From Dehalococcoidia bacterium (GTDB taxonomy: Bacteria > Chloroflexota > Dehalococcoidia > DSTF01 > JALHUB01), in the NCBI GenBank assembly GCA_030018455.1, contig JASEFU010000002.1, forward strand, positions 269,480 to 333,479: a stretch of 64,000 nucleotides of DNA, in the 5' to 3' direction. The notes under the pieces are model-generated. The model searched no databases and was not told where the DNA came from. It saw only the letters and a program-made list of their open reading frames with translations. Shown in pieces: positions 39,842-50,936 of the stretch. The stretch's first letter is position 1. Every line of letters starts with the position of its first letter. The position numbers and the translations under genes are program-made.

Positions 39842-41785
39842 CTACGCGCGACCCGCGTGGGGCCGCGATGTCTTTACATAATTGAGCGCCCCGCCGGCCA
39901 GCAGAACGTCGACCTGGCGCGGCGACAGGGTGTGACGGGCCGTGAACTCGAACCCGCGCGTGAGGTTGCGGACGCGCACCTCGGGGCCGCGCTTGAGCGC
40001 CTCGCGGACGTCCGTCGCCTCCAGCTCATCGCCTTGCGCCACGCGGTCGTAGTCGGCCGGGTCGTTGAAGACGAGCGGAAGGATGCCGAAGTTGACGAGG
40101 TTCGCGGCGTGAATGCGGGCGAATGACTTCGCGAGCACCATCTTCAGCCCCAGTGACATCGGCGCGAGGGCGGCGTGCTCGCGGCTGGAGCCCTGCCCGT
40201 AGTTGCCGCCGCCGACGACCAGCCAGCGCCGCGTTTGCCTTGCGCGCGCGGGCAGCGTGGGGTCGATGCGCTCGAAGGCGTGCTCCGCCATCGCCGGTAT
40301 GTTCGAGCGCAGCGGCAGCAGCTTCGCTCCCGCGGGCGCGATGTCGTCGGTGGAGACGTTGTCGCCGGTCTTGAGGAGCACGGGCGCTCGAATCGTATCG
40401 GGAAGGGGCTCGGCGAGAGGCAGCGGCTTGATGTTGGGGCCGCGCACGATTTCGACGTCGCGCCGCTTGTCCGACGGCGGGATGATCATGCGGTCGTCCA
40501 CAGGGAACTCCGCTGGCAGCTCGACCTCCGGCGCGTTGCCGAGGTCGCGCGGGTCGGTGATGACGCCGCGAAGGGCTGTCGCCGCCGCGACCTGCGGGCT
40601 GCACAGGTAGACGGCGTCGCCCGTCGTGCCGCTGCGGCCGGGGAAGTTGCGGTTGAAGGTGCGCAGCGAGGCCGTCCCCGTCGCCGGCGCCTGACCCATG
40701 CCGATGCAGGGCCCGCAGGCGCACTCAAGGATGCGGAAACCGGCCGCGATCAGGTCGGCGAGGGCGCCGTTTTCCGCAATCGACATCAGCGCCTGGCGCG
40801 AGCCGGGGTTGAGCGCGGCGCTCAGCGAGGGGGCAATCGTCTTGCCCCTCACGGCCGCGGCCACCGTCATCAGGTCGATGTACGACGAGTTGGTGCAACT
40901 GCCGAGGATGACCTGGGCGACCTCGCGGCCTGCCGCCTCGCGCACGGGGACCACGTTGTCGGGGCTCGACGGCAGGGCGATGAGCGGCTCGAGCGCCGAG
41001 AGGTCGATCTCGACCGCGTCGTCGTACTCCGCGTCGGCGTCGGCGCTCAGGGGTATCCACGCCTCTTCGCGCTTTTGCGCCCGCAGGTACTCGCGCGTCC
41101 GTTCGTCGCTGGCGAAAAGCGACGAGGTGGCGCCCAGCTCAGCGCCCATGTTGCATATTGTCGCGCGTTCGGGCACCGAGAGGGTCGCCGCGCCCTCGCC
41201 GCCGTACTCGAAGATGCGTCCGACGCCGCCCTTCACGGTGAGGCGCCGCAGCATCTCGAGGATAACGTCCTTCGCCGAGACCCAGGGCGGCAGGCGGCCC
41301 TTCAGCTCCACGCGCACGATCTGGGGCATCGTCAGGTAGAACGGCTCGCCCGCCATCGCCATCGCCACGTCGAGGCCGCCCGCGCCAATCGCCAGCATGC
41401 CCGCCCCGCCGCAGGTGGGGGTGTGGCTGTCGGAGCCGAGCAGCGTGCGGCCGGGGGCGCTGAAGCGTTCGAGGTGGACCTGGTGGCAGATGCCGTTGCC
41501 GGGGCGCGAGAAGTAGATGCCGTACCGGGCGGCGACGCTTTGCAGATAGCGGTGGTCGTCGGCGTTCTCGAAGCCGGTCTGTAGCATGTTGTGGTCGACA
41601 TAACTCACGGAGAGGGCGGTCTGGACGCGGGGGACGCCCATGGCCTCGAACTGGAGGTAGGCCATGGTGCCGGTGGCGTCCTGGGTGAGCGTCTGGTCGA
41701 TACGGAGCGCGATCTCACGTCCGGCGACGGGTTCGCCGGCGACGAGGTGGTCTTCGATGATCTTACGGGCCAGGCTTTTCCCCAC
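39842..41785 (-). CDS. Aconitate hydratase (compact, ~650 aa type)
   Basis: QDATG, GICHQVH, GSDSHT, GSCTN, CGPCIGMG, STDDI and GSSREHAA motifs. Confidence 0.93.
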   Translation of the reverse strand: MGKSLARKIIEDHLVAGEPVAGREIALRIDQTLTQDATGTMAYLQFEAMGVPRVQTALSVSYVDHNMLQTGFENADDHRYLQSVAARYGIYFSRPGNGICHQVHLERFSAPGRTLLGSDSHTPTCGGAGMLAIGAGGLDVAMAMAGEPFYLTMPQIVRVELKGRLPPWVSAKDVILEMLRRLTVKGGVGRIFEYGGEGAATLSVPERATICNMGAELGATSSLFASDERTREYLRAQKREEAWIPLSADADAEYDDAVEIDLSALEPLIALPSSPDNVVPVREAAGREVAQVILGSCTNSSYIDLMTVAAAVRGKTIAPSLSAALNPGSRQALMSIAENGALADLIAAGFRILECACGPCIGMGQAPATGTASLRTFNRNFPGRSGTTGDAVYLCSPQVAAATALRGVITDPRDLGNAPEVELPAEFPVDDRMIIPPSDKRRDVEIVRGPNIKPLPLAEPLPDTIRAPVLLKTGDNVSTDDIAPAGAKLLPLRSNIPAMAEHAFERIDPTLPARARQTRRWLVVGGGNYGQGSSREHAALAPMSLGLKMVLAKSFARIHAANLVNFGILPLVFNDPADYDRVAQGDELEATDVREALKRGPEVRVRNLTRGFEFTARHTLSPRQVDVLLAGGALNYVKTSRPHAGRA

Positions 41786-41963
41786 GGGGGCTCCTTCTGC
41801 GGAGGGCTTTCGAATCGATTATATAGCGGGGGAGCGCTTAGCCCAAACCGGCAAGAAACAGGGCGGGCATCGAGTAACGGTGATCGTCTCGCCTTTCTCA
41901 ACCCCGTCGAGAAGGCGAGAAAGATGTGTCTTTGCTTAGCGCACTCCGACTTGTCTCATATCG

Positions 41964-43514
<1,551 letters not shown>

Positions 43515-43584
43515 CAGTTGTCTCCTGTCACTGGTCTCATTTTTCGAGGCGCCGGCGCCCCCGGCCCTGCCTGTCGACGCTTCT

Positions 43585-44301
43585 CTACGGCTCCGGCGTC
43601 GGCGTCTCCGGTGGAGGTTCCGTTTCCTCGGGTGGAGGCGGCTCGGTTTCCTCAGGGGGAGGAGCAGGGGGAGCGGAGGATACGGGGATTATCAGCACGT
43701 CGCCGACATCGAGGCTGCGAAGGTCGTCGACGGTGGTGTTGTTGGCGGCCGCGAGCTCTTCGACGGTGATGCCGAAGCGGAGCGCGATATCGTTCGCGTT
43801 GTCCCCCGACTGGACGACGTAGGTGGTCTGCCCCTCCCGCGGCGTCGGCTGCGAGGCGCGTGTGCCCTCCGGTGTCGGTGTCTTTGGTTGTGGCGCGGGT
43901 GTAGAGGTGACGGTCCGTGGCATCGCGGTCTTCCCGGGCGTCGGTGTTTTCCCCGTCGACCCGGGCAGCCGCAGGACCTGTCCCACTTCCAGCCCTGTCG
44001 GATCGACTGAGGGGTTCAGCTCCATCAGCTCCTCCAGGCTTATTCCCAGGCGTTGCGCGATCTCGTACATGTTGTCGCCGGCCTGGATCACGTAAGTGTT
44101 GCCGGAAGGGCCGGGAGCGGAGCGCACGTCCTCGAGGAAGAGCGCCTCGGGAAGGACGGCGGGAAGCGTGGCTGTCGGTATCTTCTTCGGATCAAGGGCG
44201 GCCGAGGACGAATCGGAGCCGCCGCAGGCAGAAAGGACCGCCGCGCCGGCGAGCATCGTCCCGCCCAGAAGAAGACAACTCTTCAGCATGTTCGTTCCCA
44301 C
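43585..44301 (-). CDS. Lipoprotein with two LysM domains
   Basis: Lipobox LSAC; [13 protein letters not shown] and [13 protein letters not shown]; Pro/Thr/Glu linkers. Confidence 0.9.
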   Translation of the reverse strand: MGTNMLKSCLLLGGTMLAGAAVLSACGGSDSSSAALDPKKIPTATLPAVLPEALFLEDVRSAPGPSGNTYVIQAGDNMYEIAQRLGISLEELMELNPSVDPTGLEVGQVLRLPGSTGKTPTPGKTAMPRTVTSTPAPQPKTPTPEGTRASQPTPREGQTTYVVQSGDNANDIALRFGITVEELAAANNTTVDDLRSLDVGDVLIIPVSSAPPAPPPEETEPPPPEETEPPPETPTPEP

Positions 44302-44367
44302 TGGGGAGGATACTACTATAGGGCCTGCAACGCGACAAGTAGCGCGAGACCGGATGGGGAGAATGGC

Positions 44368-44778
44368 CTACTGCCGGTTCTGGTTGCGTCTCGCTCGCAG
44401 CCAGTCCTTTATCCTGTCGGCCAGGCTGGGGCCGGACAGGTCGATCGGCTGGCCCCGCCAGCGTTTCTCCGGGCCGGCGCGGCGCGAGGTGAAGAACGAG
44501 ATCGCTATCGTCGAGAAGAGGAGGATGAGGCCCGCGATAAGGGCATAGCGCCCCATCACGCTCCAGCGAAAGGCGAAGGCGAAAAGCACGAGGAGCAGGG
44601 AGACGATCATCAGGTGGCCGAGCGAGATCCGCGACAGCAGGTGGGCGACGTTGCGCTGGAACCGGTAGAAGGCGTTGCTGACGCGCTTGCGTAGCCGCTG
44701 CGCCGCTGACTCCTCAGGCAGGAACTTGTCCAGCCGGTTGAGGATGTCTTCGATTTCCCGTTCCAGATCGTCGGGCAT
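44368..44778 (-). CDS. Hypothetical membrane protein
   Basis: RBS GGGAAGGGG; charged N-terminus, two TM helices, EKRWRGQPI motif. Confidence 0.75.
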   Translation of the reverse strand: MPDDLEREIEDILNRLDKFLPEESAAQRLRKRVSNAFYRFQRNVAHLLSRISLGHLMIVSLLLVLFAFAFRWSVMGRYALIAGLILLFSTIAISFFTSRRAGPEKRWRGQPIDLSGPSLADRIKDWLRARRNQNRQ

Positions 44779-45034
44779 GTTCCCCTTCCCTTTTAGATTC
44801 TACATCCCGCTCGATAAGCAGGTCTATGCCGCCTGGACACATGAGGTCGTTGGGAGGGCCCGTTCTCTATGCTCTTTGGAGACTGCGGCCGGACTTTTAC
44901 AAGCTTTTTACACCTGTTTAGCACGCGATTGCGCGACACCGCTTATCCTGGGAGCGTAACGAACGCTTCAACCGGCAGCGAGAGAGGGGCGCGGAGCCGA
45001 AAAGCAGGGAGTCCATCGGTTGAGGAGGTTGCCG

Positions 45035-45118
45035 TTGCTTCTTCGACCGAATTCCGCCGGAGATGCGCCCTCCGACCGCTGGAACGAAGAAGAACGATGT
45101 TACGAGCGCTTTATCTAG
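45035..45118 (+). CDS. Candidate 27-aa small protein (MLLRPNSAGDAPSDRWNEEERCYERFI)
   Basis: GAGGAGG at 45022-45028, TTG start, TAG stop, followed by two hairpins. Confidence 0.3.
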   Translation: MLLRPNSAGDAPSDRWNEEERCYERFI

Positions 45119-45160
45119 GCGTCGCCTCTTGTTGAACAGCAAGAGTACGCAAGCCCCGCC

Positions 45161-45190
45161 GAAGCGGTCGCCCTCATGGACGGCCGCTTC
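45161..45190. terminator. Hairpin at the 3' end of larE
   Basis: GAAGCGGTCG-N10-CGGCCGCTTC. Confidence 0.5.
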
Positions 45191-46042
45191 TCATTGTCCG
45201 GACGGTTCCTCCCGCTCAGGTACGTTCAACGCCTCGTTGAGGCTGCCGCTGCGAAAGCCCGCCAGATCGAGCGTTACGTAGAGGTAGCCCAGAGACTTGA
45301 GCCGTTCGACGATCGCCTTTCGGGCCTCTCCCTTCGCCAGTGTTTCCAGCGCCTGCGGCTCGACCTCGATGCGGGCCAGCTCGCCGTGATGCCGCACGCG
45401 CACCTGCCGGCAGCCGAGGGAACGGATGAAGTCCTCCGCCGCTTCCACCTGTTGCAGCGCCGCTTCCGTGACCGGTGTGCCATAGGGTAGGCGAGAGGCA
45501 AGGCAGGCCATGGAGGGCTTGTCCCAGGTGGGAAGGTTGCTGCGGCGGGAGAGTTCGCGGATATCGGCCTTCCTGAGGCCCGCCTCGCGCAGAGGGCTGC
45601 GCACGCGCTGCTCCAGCGCCGCGCGGTTTCCGGGCCGGTAATCGCCGTCATCGTCCACGTTGCTGCCATCGACCACGCCTGCTATCCCCATCTCCCGCGC
45701 CATGGCCTGGAGACGGCTGAACAGCTCGCTCTTGCAGTGGTAGCAGCGGTCGGGCAGGTTGCTGGTGTAGGCGGGAAGCTCCATCTCGCGCGTCTCAACC
45801 GTGAGGTGCCGTATTCCGATCTGTCGGGCCAGGGCCGCCGCCGCTTCCGTTTCCGACCTGGGGACGGATGGCGAGAGCGCAGTCACGGCGACGGCATTCG
45901 GCCCCAGCGTCTGGTGCGCCACGGCGGCGAGATAGGTGCTATCTACGCCGCCGGAGAAGGCGACGAGCACCGATCCCATGTCACGGAGTATCTCTTCGAG
46001 GCGTCGTTGCTTCCAGGCCGGGTCTGTCATCGCATCCTCCAA
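45191..46042 (-). CDS. larE: LarE-family ATP-dependent sulfur transferase
   Basis: VAFSGGVDS PP-loop, RCYHCK, DYRPG, WDKPSMACLASR, QVRVRHH and GFRSGSLN motifs. Confidence 0.93.
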   Translation of the reverse strand: MEDAMTDPAWKQRRLEEILRDMGSVLVAFSGGVDSTYLAAVAHQTLGPNAVAVTALSPSVPRSETEAAAALARQIGIRHLTVETREMELPAYTSNLPDRCYHCKSELFSRLQAMAREMGIAGVVDGSNVDDDGDYRPGNRAALEQRVRSPLREAGLRKADIRELSRRSNLPTWDKPSMACLASRLPYGTPVTEAALQQVEAAEDFIRSLGCRQVRVRHHGELARIEVEPQALETLAKGEARKAIVERLKSLGYLYVTLDLAGFRSGSLNEALNVPEREEPSGQ

Positions 46043-46129
46043 CCGAACACTGCATCGATCTTAACATTCGCCCGCCTACGTGACGAGAGCGAAGCCACCG
46101 GGGGCTGCTGTGGTGGGCAGGCGGCAATC

Positions 46130-46156
46130 TAAAGGATCGCCTGCCGCTACCGATAC
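46130..46156 (+). promoter_or_regulatory. Sigma-28 (FliA/SigD)-like promoter
   Basis: TAAA-15 nt-ACCGATAC versus consensus TAAA-N15-GCCGATAA, about 50 bp upstream of the HD-GYP gene. Confidence 0.6.
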
Positions 46157-46205
46157 ATATTCAGTGGAAGCGTTTGCCACATTTGCCCTCATAGGACTGT
46201 GAGGC

Positions 46206-47963
46206 ATGCAAAAAGCCATCAAAGGCGCGATCTTATATCCGTTTGCTACGCTTACTCTCATTGCCCTCATCCTCGCCGGGGTTGCGCTCGCTTTGCTCCT
46301 CGGCGTGGGAATCGAGAGCAAGATGAAGGAGAACGCCACAAAAGTCGCGGCCGCTGCCGCCACGTCCGCCCTTCAACCTCACGTGGCCGGATACAACTTA
46401 GAAACGCCGCTCTTGAACTCCGATTATGACCGTCTACAGGCCGCTGTCACGGAGGCTGTGCTTTCCGACAGCATATCGAAGGTCAGCATCTACAACGATG
46501 AGGGCGTCGTTGTTTACTCGAGCAGCCGGAGCGATTTGGGCCGCACGGCAGAAGATATGTCGGCGGTAGAGAGCGCGTTGCGCAAAGAGACGGTGGGCAC
46601 CACGTCGGGAGCGGCTGAGGGCGGTGAAAGCGGGTCCGCCGGCGGACCCATGCTCACCGTCTACACTCCGCTCATATCGTCGGAAGGGGAGCTCCTCGGC
46701 GCGCTGCAGGTCCAGCAGGACTACTCCGCCACGGCACAGAGCGTCAGGGAGGCGAAGAGAGAGCTGTATTTCGCCCTGGCGGGCGCCATGGCCACCCTTT
46801 ACGTCGTCATTCAATTGGGAGCGTTCGGGATGACGCGGGCGCTCTCCAAAGACCACGCCCGCCTGGCCTACCTCTACGAGACGGGCGAGCACGTCCGCTC
46901 GTCCCTCGATTTGCAGGACGTGTTGACGCAGATCGTGCGCGACGCCACTGTAATGGCGCAGGGGCAGTACGGTCTCGTCTGCCTGCTGGAGCCGGACTCG
47001 GGCGATCTGGTGGCGCGCAGCAGCTACGACCACGAGAAAGGTTCAGTGTCGCTGCACCACACGAAGATGGACGAGTGGTTATTCCACCGCGTCGTGGCGA
47101 CCGGCAAGACCAGCGTCGCAAACCAGAAAGTGGTGCGCTACGGCCCCGTCTTCGGCTCCGACATCCACGATATGTCCGTCGTCTGCGTCCCCATGACGTT
47201 GCGCAGCAAGGTCAACGGCGTCATCGCCGTCTTGCGGCGCTCCGCCAATGACGGTTTCGGGAAGGCGGAGACGAAGCTACTGGAGGAGCTGGCCGGCCAG
47301 GCAGCGATGGCAGTGGAGCAGGCGAACCTGTTCGCGAAGGTGCGCGCCTACGCCGACGAGCTCGAGCTCAGTTACGACACCACCCTCAAGGCCCTCACCG
47401 CCGCCCTCGACGCCAAGGATGCGGCAACGGAGGGACACTCAGAGCGCGTGGCAAACCTTACGGTCGCTATCGCGAAAGAGATGCAGGTCGGCGAAGAGAA
47501 GCTCGTCGATATCGAGCGGGGGGCGCTTCTCCACGACGTGGGCAAGATCGGCGTGCCGGACGCGGTTCTGCGCAAGCCGCGCACACTCACCAAGCGGGAA
47601 TGGCAGGCGATGCAGCGGCACCCGCTGCTGGCGGGGCTCCTCGTGTCCAAGGTCGGCTTCCTGGAGGGGGCGCTGCCCATCCTTCTCTACCACCACGAGC
47701 GCTACGATGGCCGGGGCTACCCCTTCGGGCTCGCCGGCGACCGCATACCTCTCGAAGCGCGAATCTTCGCCGTCGTTGACGCCTACGATGCCATGACCTC
47801 CGACCGCCCCTATCGAAAGGCGATATCGCATGAAGAGGCGGTGCAGGAGATAATCGCCAACGCAGGCACCCAGTTCGACCCGGCGGTCGTGGAGGTGTTC
47901 AGGAACGTCATCGAGCGGGTCCCGCTCGTCGACGAACCGGAGATCGAGCGCGCCGCCGCCTGA
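46206..47963 (+). CDS. Membrane sensor-GAF-HD-GYP cyclic dinucleotide phosphodiesterase
   Basis: Two TM helices around an extracytoplasmic domain, GAF domain, and HSERV, LHDVGK, HHERYDGRGYP and DAYDAMTSDRPYR motifs. Confidence 0.93.
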   Translation: MQKAIKGAILYPFATLTLIALILAGVALALLLGVGIESKMKENATKVAAAAATSALQPHVAGYNLETPLLNSDYDRLQAAVTEAVLSDSISKVSIYNDEGVVVYSSSRSDLGRTAEDMSAVESALRKETVGTTSGAAEGGESGSAGGPMLTVYTPLISSEGELLGALQVQQDYSATAQSVREAKRELYFALAGAMATLYVVIQLGAFGMTRALSKDHARLAYLYETGEHVRSSLDLQDVLTQIVRDATVMAQGQYGLVCLLEPDSGDLVARSSYDHEKGSVSLHHTKMDEWLFHRVVATGKTSVANQKVVRYGPVFGSDIHDMSVVCVPMTLRSKVNGVIAVLRRSANDGFGKAETKLLEELAGQAAMAVEQANLFAKVRAYADELELSYDTTLKALTAALDAKDAATEGHSERVANLTVAIAKEMQVGEEKLVDIERGALLHDVGKIGVPDAVLRKPRTLTKREWQAMQRHPLLAGLLVSKVGFLEGALPILLYHHERYDGRGYPFGLAGDRIPLEARIFAVVDAYDAMTSDRPYRKAISHEEAVQEIIANAGTQFDPAVVEVFRNVIERVPLVDEPEIERAAA

Positions 47964-48044
47964 GCGGCCCTGTTTTCTTGACTCCTCTTGTCCCCTCTGC
48001 TACCGTGAGTAGCGACCCCATTCCGCCCGTCAGGAGGCGTTGAC

Positions 48045-48431
48045 ATGCAGCAGCCGCCGTTCGAGGAAGTCCGTTCGGAAAGCGTCCACATATCGCAGAG
48101 CGCCGTCCGCTCCGTTTCGGCGCGGCAGGTGGACGCGCGGATGTCGGCGGTGCAGCGCATGGTCGCTGGCGACGCGACAGTGGGGCAGAGCGCCGTCGGC
48201 CTGGTGAGCGGCGAGAGCATCAACGTTAGGGACAGCCTGCTGGCGGCGGCGGTCGGGCGTCAGATTTCGGCGGAGAATTCGTCCGCGGTGTTCCTTCTTT
48301 CGCCGTCGGTCACCGGAAACGTTCGCGCCGTCTTCACCCTTCCCGCTGCTTTCGCGCTGGGCTTCGGCTACGTCACGGGGAGATGGCTGGTGAAGCTGCT
48401 GACCCGCGGCTTGAAGAGATTGATCGGTTAG
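48045..48431 (+). CDS. Small protein with 15-residue repeats and a C-terminal TM helix
   Basis: AGGAGG RBS; SAV at residues 19, 34 and 49, Ser at 64 and 79. Confidence 0.75.
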   Translation: MQQPPFEEVRSESVHISQSAVRSVSARQVDARMSAVQRMVAGDATVGQSAVGLVSGESINVRDSLLAAAVGRQISAENSSAVFLLSPSVTGNVRAVFTLPAAFALGFGYVTGRWLVKLLTRGLKRLIG

Positions 48432-48446
48432 GAGGGAAGTCAGACA

Positions 48447-49112
48447 GTGCAAGAATTCGAGCTGTCCGCTGCGCCGCGCAGCGTCCTCGGCAAGAAGGTG
48501 AAAGGGCTGCGACGCCAGGGAATCACCCCTGCCAACATCTACGGACGCGGCATCGAGTCGCAGGCGGTGCAGGTAGACACCAAGACCCTAACTCACACGC
48601 TGCGCCGCGCCGGCCGCAACACAATCCTTTCCCTGAGCGTCGAGGGGGAAAGAGTCCGCCGGCCGGTCATGGTCAGGGATATCCAGCGCAACCCCGTCAC
48701 CGACGAGCTGCTGCATCTCGATTTCTACCAGATATCTCTGACGGAGAAGATGCACGCGGAAGTGACGGTGGTGGTGACGGGCACGGCGCCCGCCGTCTCG
48801 GAACTGGGCGGCATCCTGCTGCAGCCGGTGGAGACCGTCACGGTCGAGGCGTTGCCGGCCGAAATACCGCCGCACCTGGAAGCGGACGCCTCACGTCTGG
48901 AGGCGCTGGACGCGGCGATTCACGTCCGCGACCTCGAGGCGCCCGCCGGCGTCACGATCCTCACAGACCCCGACGTCGTGCTCGCGCGCGTTGCGGCGCC
49001 GAGGCGGGTGGAGGAAGAGGTGGCGGTAGAGGCAGCAGTAGAGGAAGCGCCGGCCGAGGAACGCGTCGAAGAAGTGACGGAGGAGCGGGAGGAAGAAGAG
49101 CCGGCGGAGTAG
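48447..49112 (+). CDS. rplY: 50S ribosomal protein L25 (Ctc type)
   Basis: GKKVKGLRRQGITPANIYG and HLDFY motifs; acidic tail. Confidence 0.96.
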   Translation: MQEFELSAAPRSVLGKKVKGLRRQGITPANIYGRGIESQAVQVDTKTLTHTLRRAGRNTILSLSVEGERVRRPVMVRDIQRNPVTDELLHLDFYQISLTEKMHAEVTVVVTGTAPAVSELGGILLQPVETVTVEALPAEIPPHLEADASRLEALDAAIHVRDLEAPAGVTILTDPDVVLARVAAPRRVEEEVAVEAAVEEAPAEERVEEVTEEREEEEPAE

Positions 49113-49153
49113 CCACCGTGGCCGGCTCCGAAAGGCCGGGGCGCCCTCAGCTG

Positions 49154-50104
49154 TCAGTGAAGCCGCCGCCCGAGGAAGCCGCGCTCCCCGCGCAGGAACT
49201 CGGCGGCGGGAAGCGCGCGCCGGCCCTCCTTCTGTACCTCAAGCACCGCCAGCATCCCTTTTCCCGTCTGCACGGCAAACGCGCCCTCGAGTGCTTTCCC
49301 CGCGCCCTTCGGCGGCGGCAACACCGTCCCCGCTGGCTGAGCGCTCTCCTCCTGGAGGGGAAATGCCCTCAAGATCCTGATGAGCGTCTCGTCGTAGCGG
49401 GCGAAGGCGGAGGGCCACGGGTTGTAGGCGCGGACCCGCCGCCAGATGTCGACTGCGGGCACCTGCCAGTCGATGTGCCCGTCCTCCTTCTGCACCATCG
49501 TCGTGTAGGTTGCCTTCGCCTCGTCCTGCGGTTGCGGCGTCAGGCGTCCCCCGAGGTAGGCCGGCAGCGTCTCCATCAGCAGGTCCGCCCCGAGCACCGA
49601 AAGCTTGTTCAGCAGCGTCCCCGTTGTGTCGTCGGGCTCGATGGCGAGCCGTGCCTGACTCAGGATGGGGCCCTCGTCCATGCCCGGCGTCAGGAGCATG
49701 ATCGTAACGCCTGTCTCGTCGTCGCCCGCAAGAATGGCGCCGGCCACAGGCGACGCCCCGCGGTGCCGCGGCAAGAGCGATGGGTGGATGTTGATGACGC
49801 CCTTCGGCGGGATGTCGAGGACGCGCTGGCGAAGGAGCTGCCCGTAGGCGGCGACGACGATGAGGTCGGGCTTCAGGGCCGCGAGCTCGGCGGCGTCGTC
49901 GGGGGCGCTCACGCGCTGCGGCTGACGGACGGGCAGGCCGTATTCAAGCGCCTTCGCCTTCACCGGCGACGGCGCGGGCTGACGGCCGCGTCCCGCCGGA
50001 CGGTCGGGTGGCGTATAGACGGCCACTACCTCGTACTCGCTCTCGACGAGACGCTGGAGCGCCGGCAGCGCAAACGCCGGCGTGCCCATGAACACGATCC
50101 GCAC
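49154..50104 (-). CDS. fmt: Methionyl-tRNA formyltransferase
   Basis: MRIVFMGTP, PDRPAGRG, INIHPSLLPRHRGASP and MDEGP motifs. Start GTG 50104. Confidence 0.97.
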   Translation of the reverse strand: MRIVFMGTPAFALPALQRLVESEYEVVAVYTPPDRPAGRGRQPAPSPVKAKALEYGLPVRQPQRVSAPDDAAELAALKPDLIVVAAYGQLLRQRVLDIPPKGVINIHPSLLPRHRGASPVAGAILAGDDETGVTIMLLTPGMDEGPILSQARLAIEPDDTTGTLLNKLSVLGADLLMETLPAYLGGRLTPQPQDEAKATYTTMVQKEDGHIDWQVPAVDIWRRVRAYNPWPSAFARYDETLIRILRAFPLQEESAQPAGTVLPPPKGAGKALEGAFAVQTGKGMLAVLEVQKEGRRALPAAEFLRGERGFLGRRLH

Positions 50105-50210
50105 GGTTCCCTCCTGTCTAGATTCTAACATAGCCGCTCTCGGAGACTTGAAGACCGGGGTTGACGGCTCGTTTATACTAGGAGACTGGCGGTAGGAAAG
50201 GAGGAGGTCG

Positions 50211-50936
50211 ATGAGAGGATTCCGTCCGTTACTGGGGTTGGCGCTGCTCTTCACCACTCCGGCGCTCCTCCTTCTGGCCTGCGATACGGCGGAGGCGCCG
50301 CCTTCCACCGTCACTCCCGAAACGCCGACGCCACAAGCGACGCCGGGAGAGGCGGCGATCACCATCGATTTCCCCGCTGAAGGCGAGACTGTGACGTCGC
50401 CGGTCGAGGTCTTGGGCACCGCCAGCGTCTTCGAGGCGACGCTGTTCGTGGGCGTGAGGGACTTGGACGGCAGGACGCTCTGCGAGGTCGTCACGATGGC
50501 GAGCGAGGGCGCGCCCGGTAGAGGCGACTTCTCCGTCAGCCTGGGCCTCGTCCCGCCGGACGAGGAGACGGACGCCGAGGTAATCGCTTACACCCGCAGT
50601 CCGAAAGACGGCAGCATCCAGGACGAAGTGATCGTGCCCGTTACCCTCTCTGCGGAGGCGCCGCCCGTGGTGGTCACGTCGCCGAGGTGCGGCCAGGAGG
50701 TGACGAGCCCCGTTCTCGTCGAGGGCTCCGCTGGTCCGGGAGCGGACGTCGAAATCGTTGTAGGCGGGCTGTTCGGCGGCGAGCTGGGGCGGGCCACGCT
50801 TCAGACGGACGCCCAGGGCAACTTCTCGGGCGAGGTGGAACTCCAGATCGACCAGGCGCAGACGGGCGTAGTCGAGGCGTCGCTGGCGGGCGATGCGACG
50901 ACGCTTTTCCCTGTGCCGGTCGTGCTCACTCCCTGA
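50211..50936 (+). CDS. Lipoprotein with tandem Gmad2-like Ig domains
   Basis: Lipobox LLAC; VTSPVEVLGTASVFEA and SPKDG motifs; second VTSPVLVEG repeat. Confidence 0.8.
   Translation: MRGFRPLLGLALLFTTPALLLLACDTAEAPPSTVTPETPTPQATPGEAAITIDFPAEGETVTSPVEVLGTASVFEATLFVGVRDLDGRTLCEVVTMASEGAPGRGDFSVSLGLVPPDEETDAEVIAYTRSPKDGSIQDEVIVPVTLSAEAPPVVVTSPRCGQEVTSPVLVEGSAGPGADVEIVVGGLFGGELGRATLQTDAQGNFSGEVELQIDQAQTGVVEASLAGDATTLFPVPVVLTP

Noticed and set aside
43586-43680. Short DNA repeats at the end of the LysM gene
   Set aside because: They encode PPPEETE peptide repeats, an ordinary low-complexity linker.
46206-47963. bldA-like control through three TTA codons in the HD-GYP gene
   Set aside because: TTA also occurs in housekeeping genes such as secD, and no codon statistics were computed.
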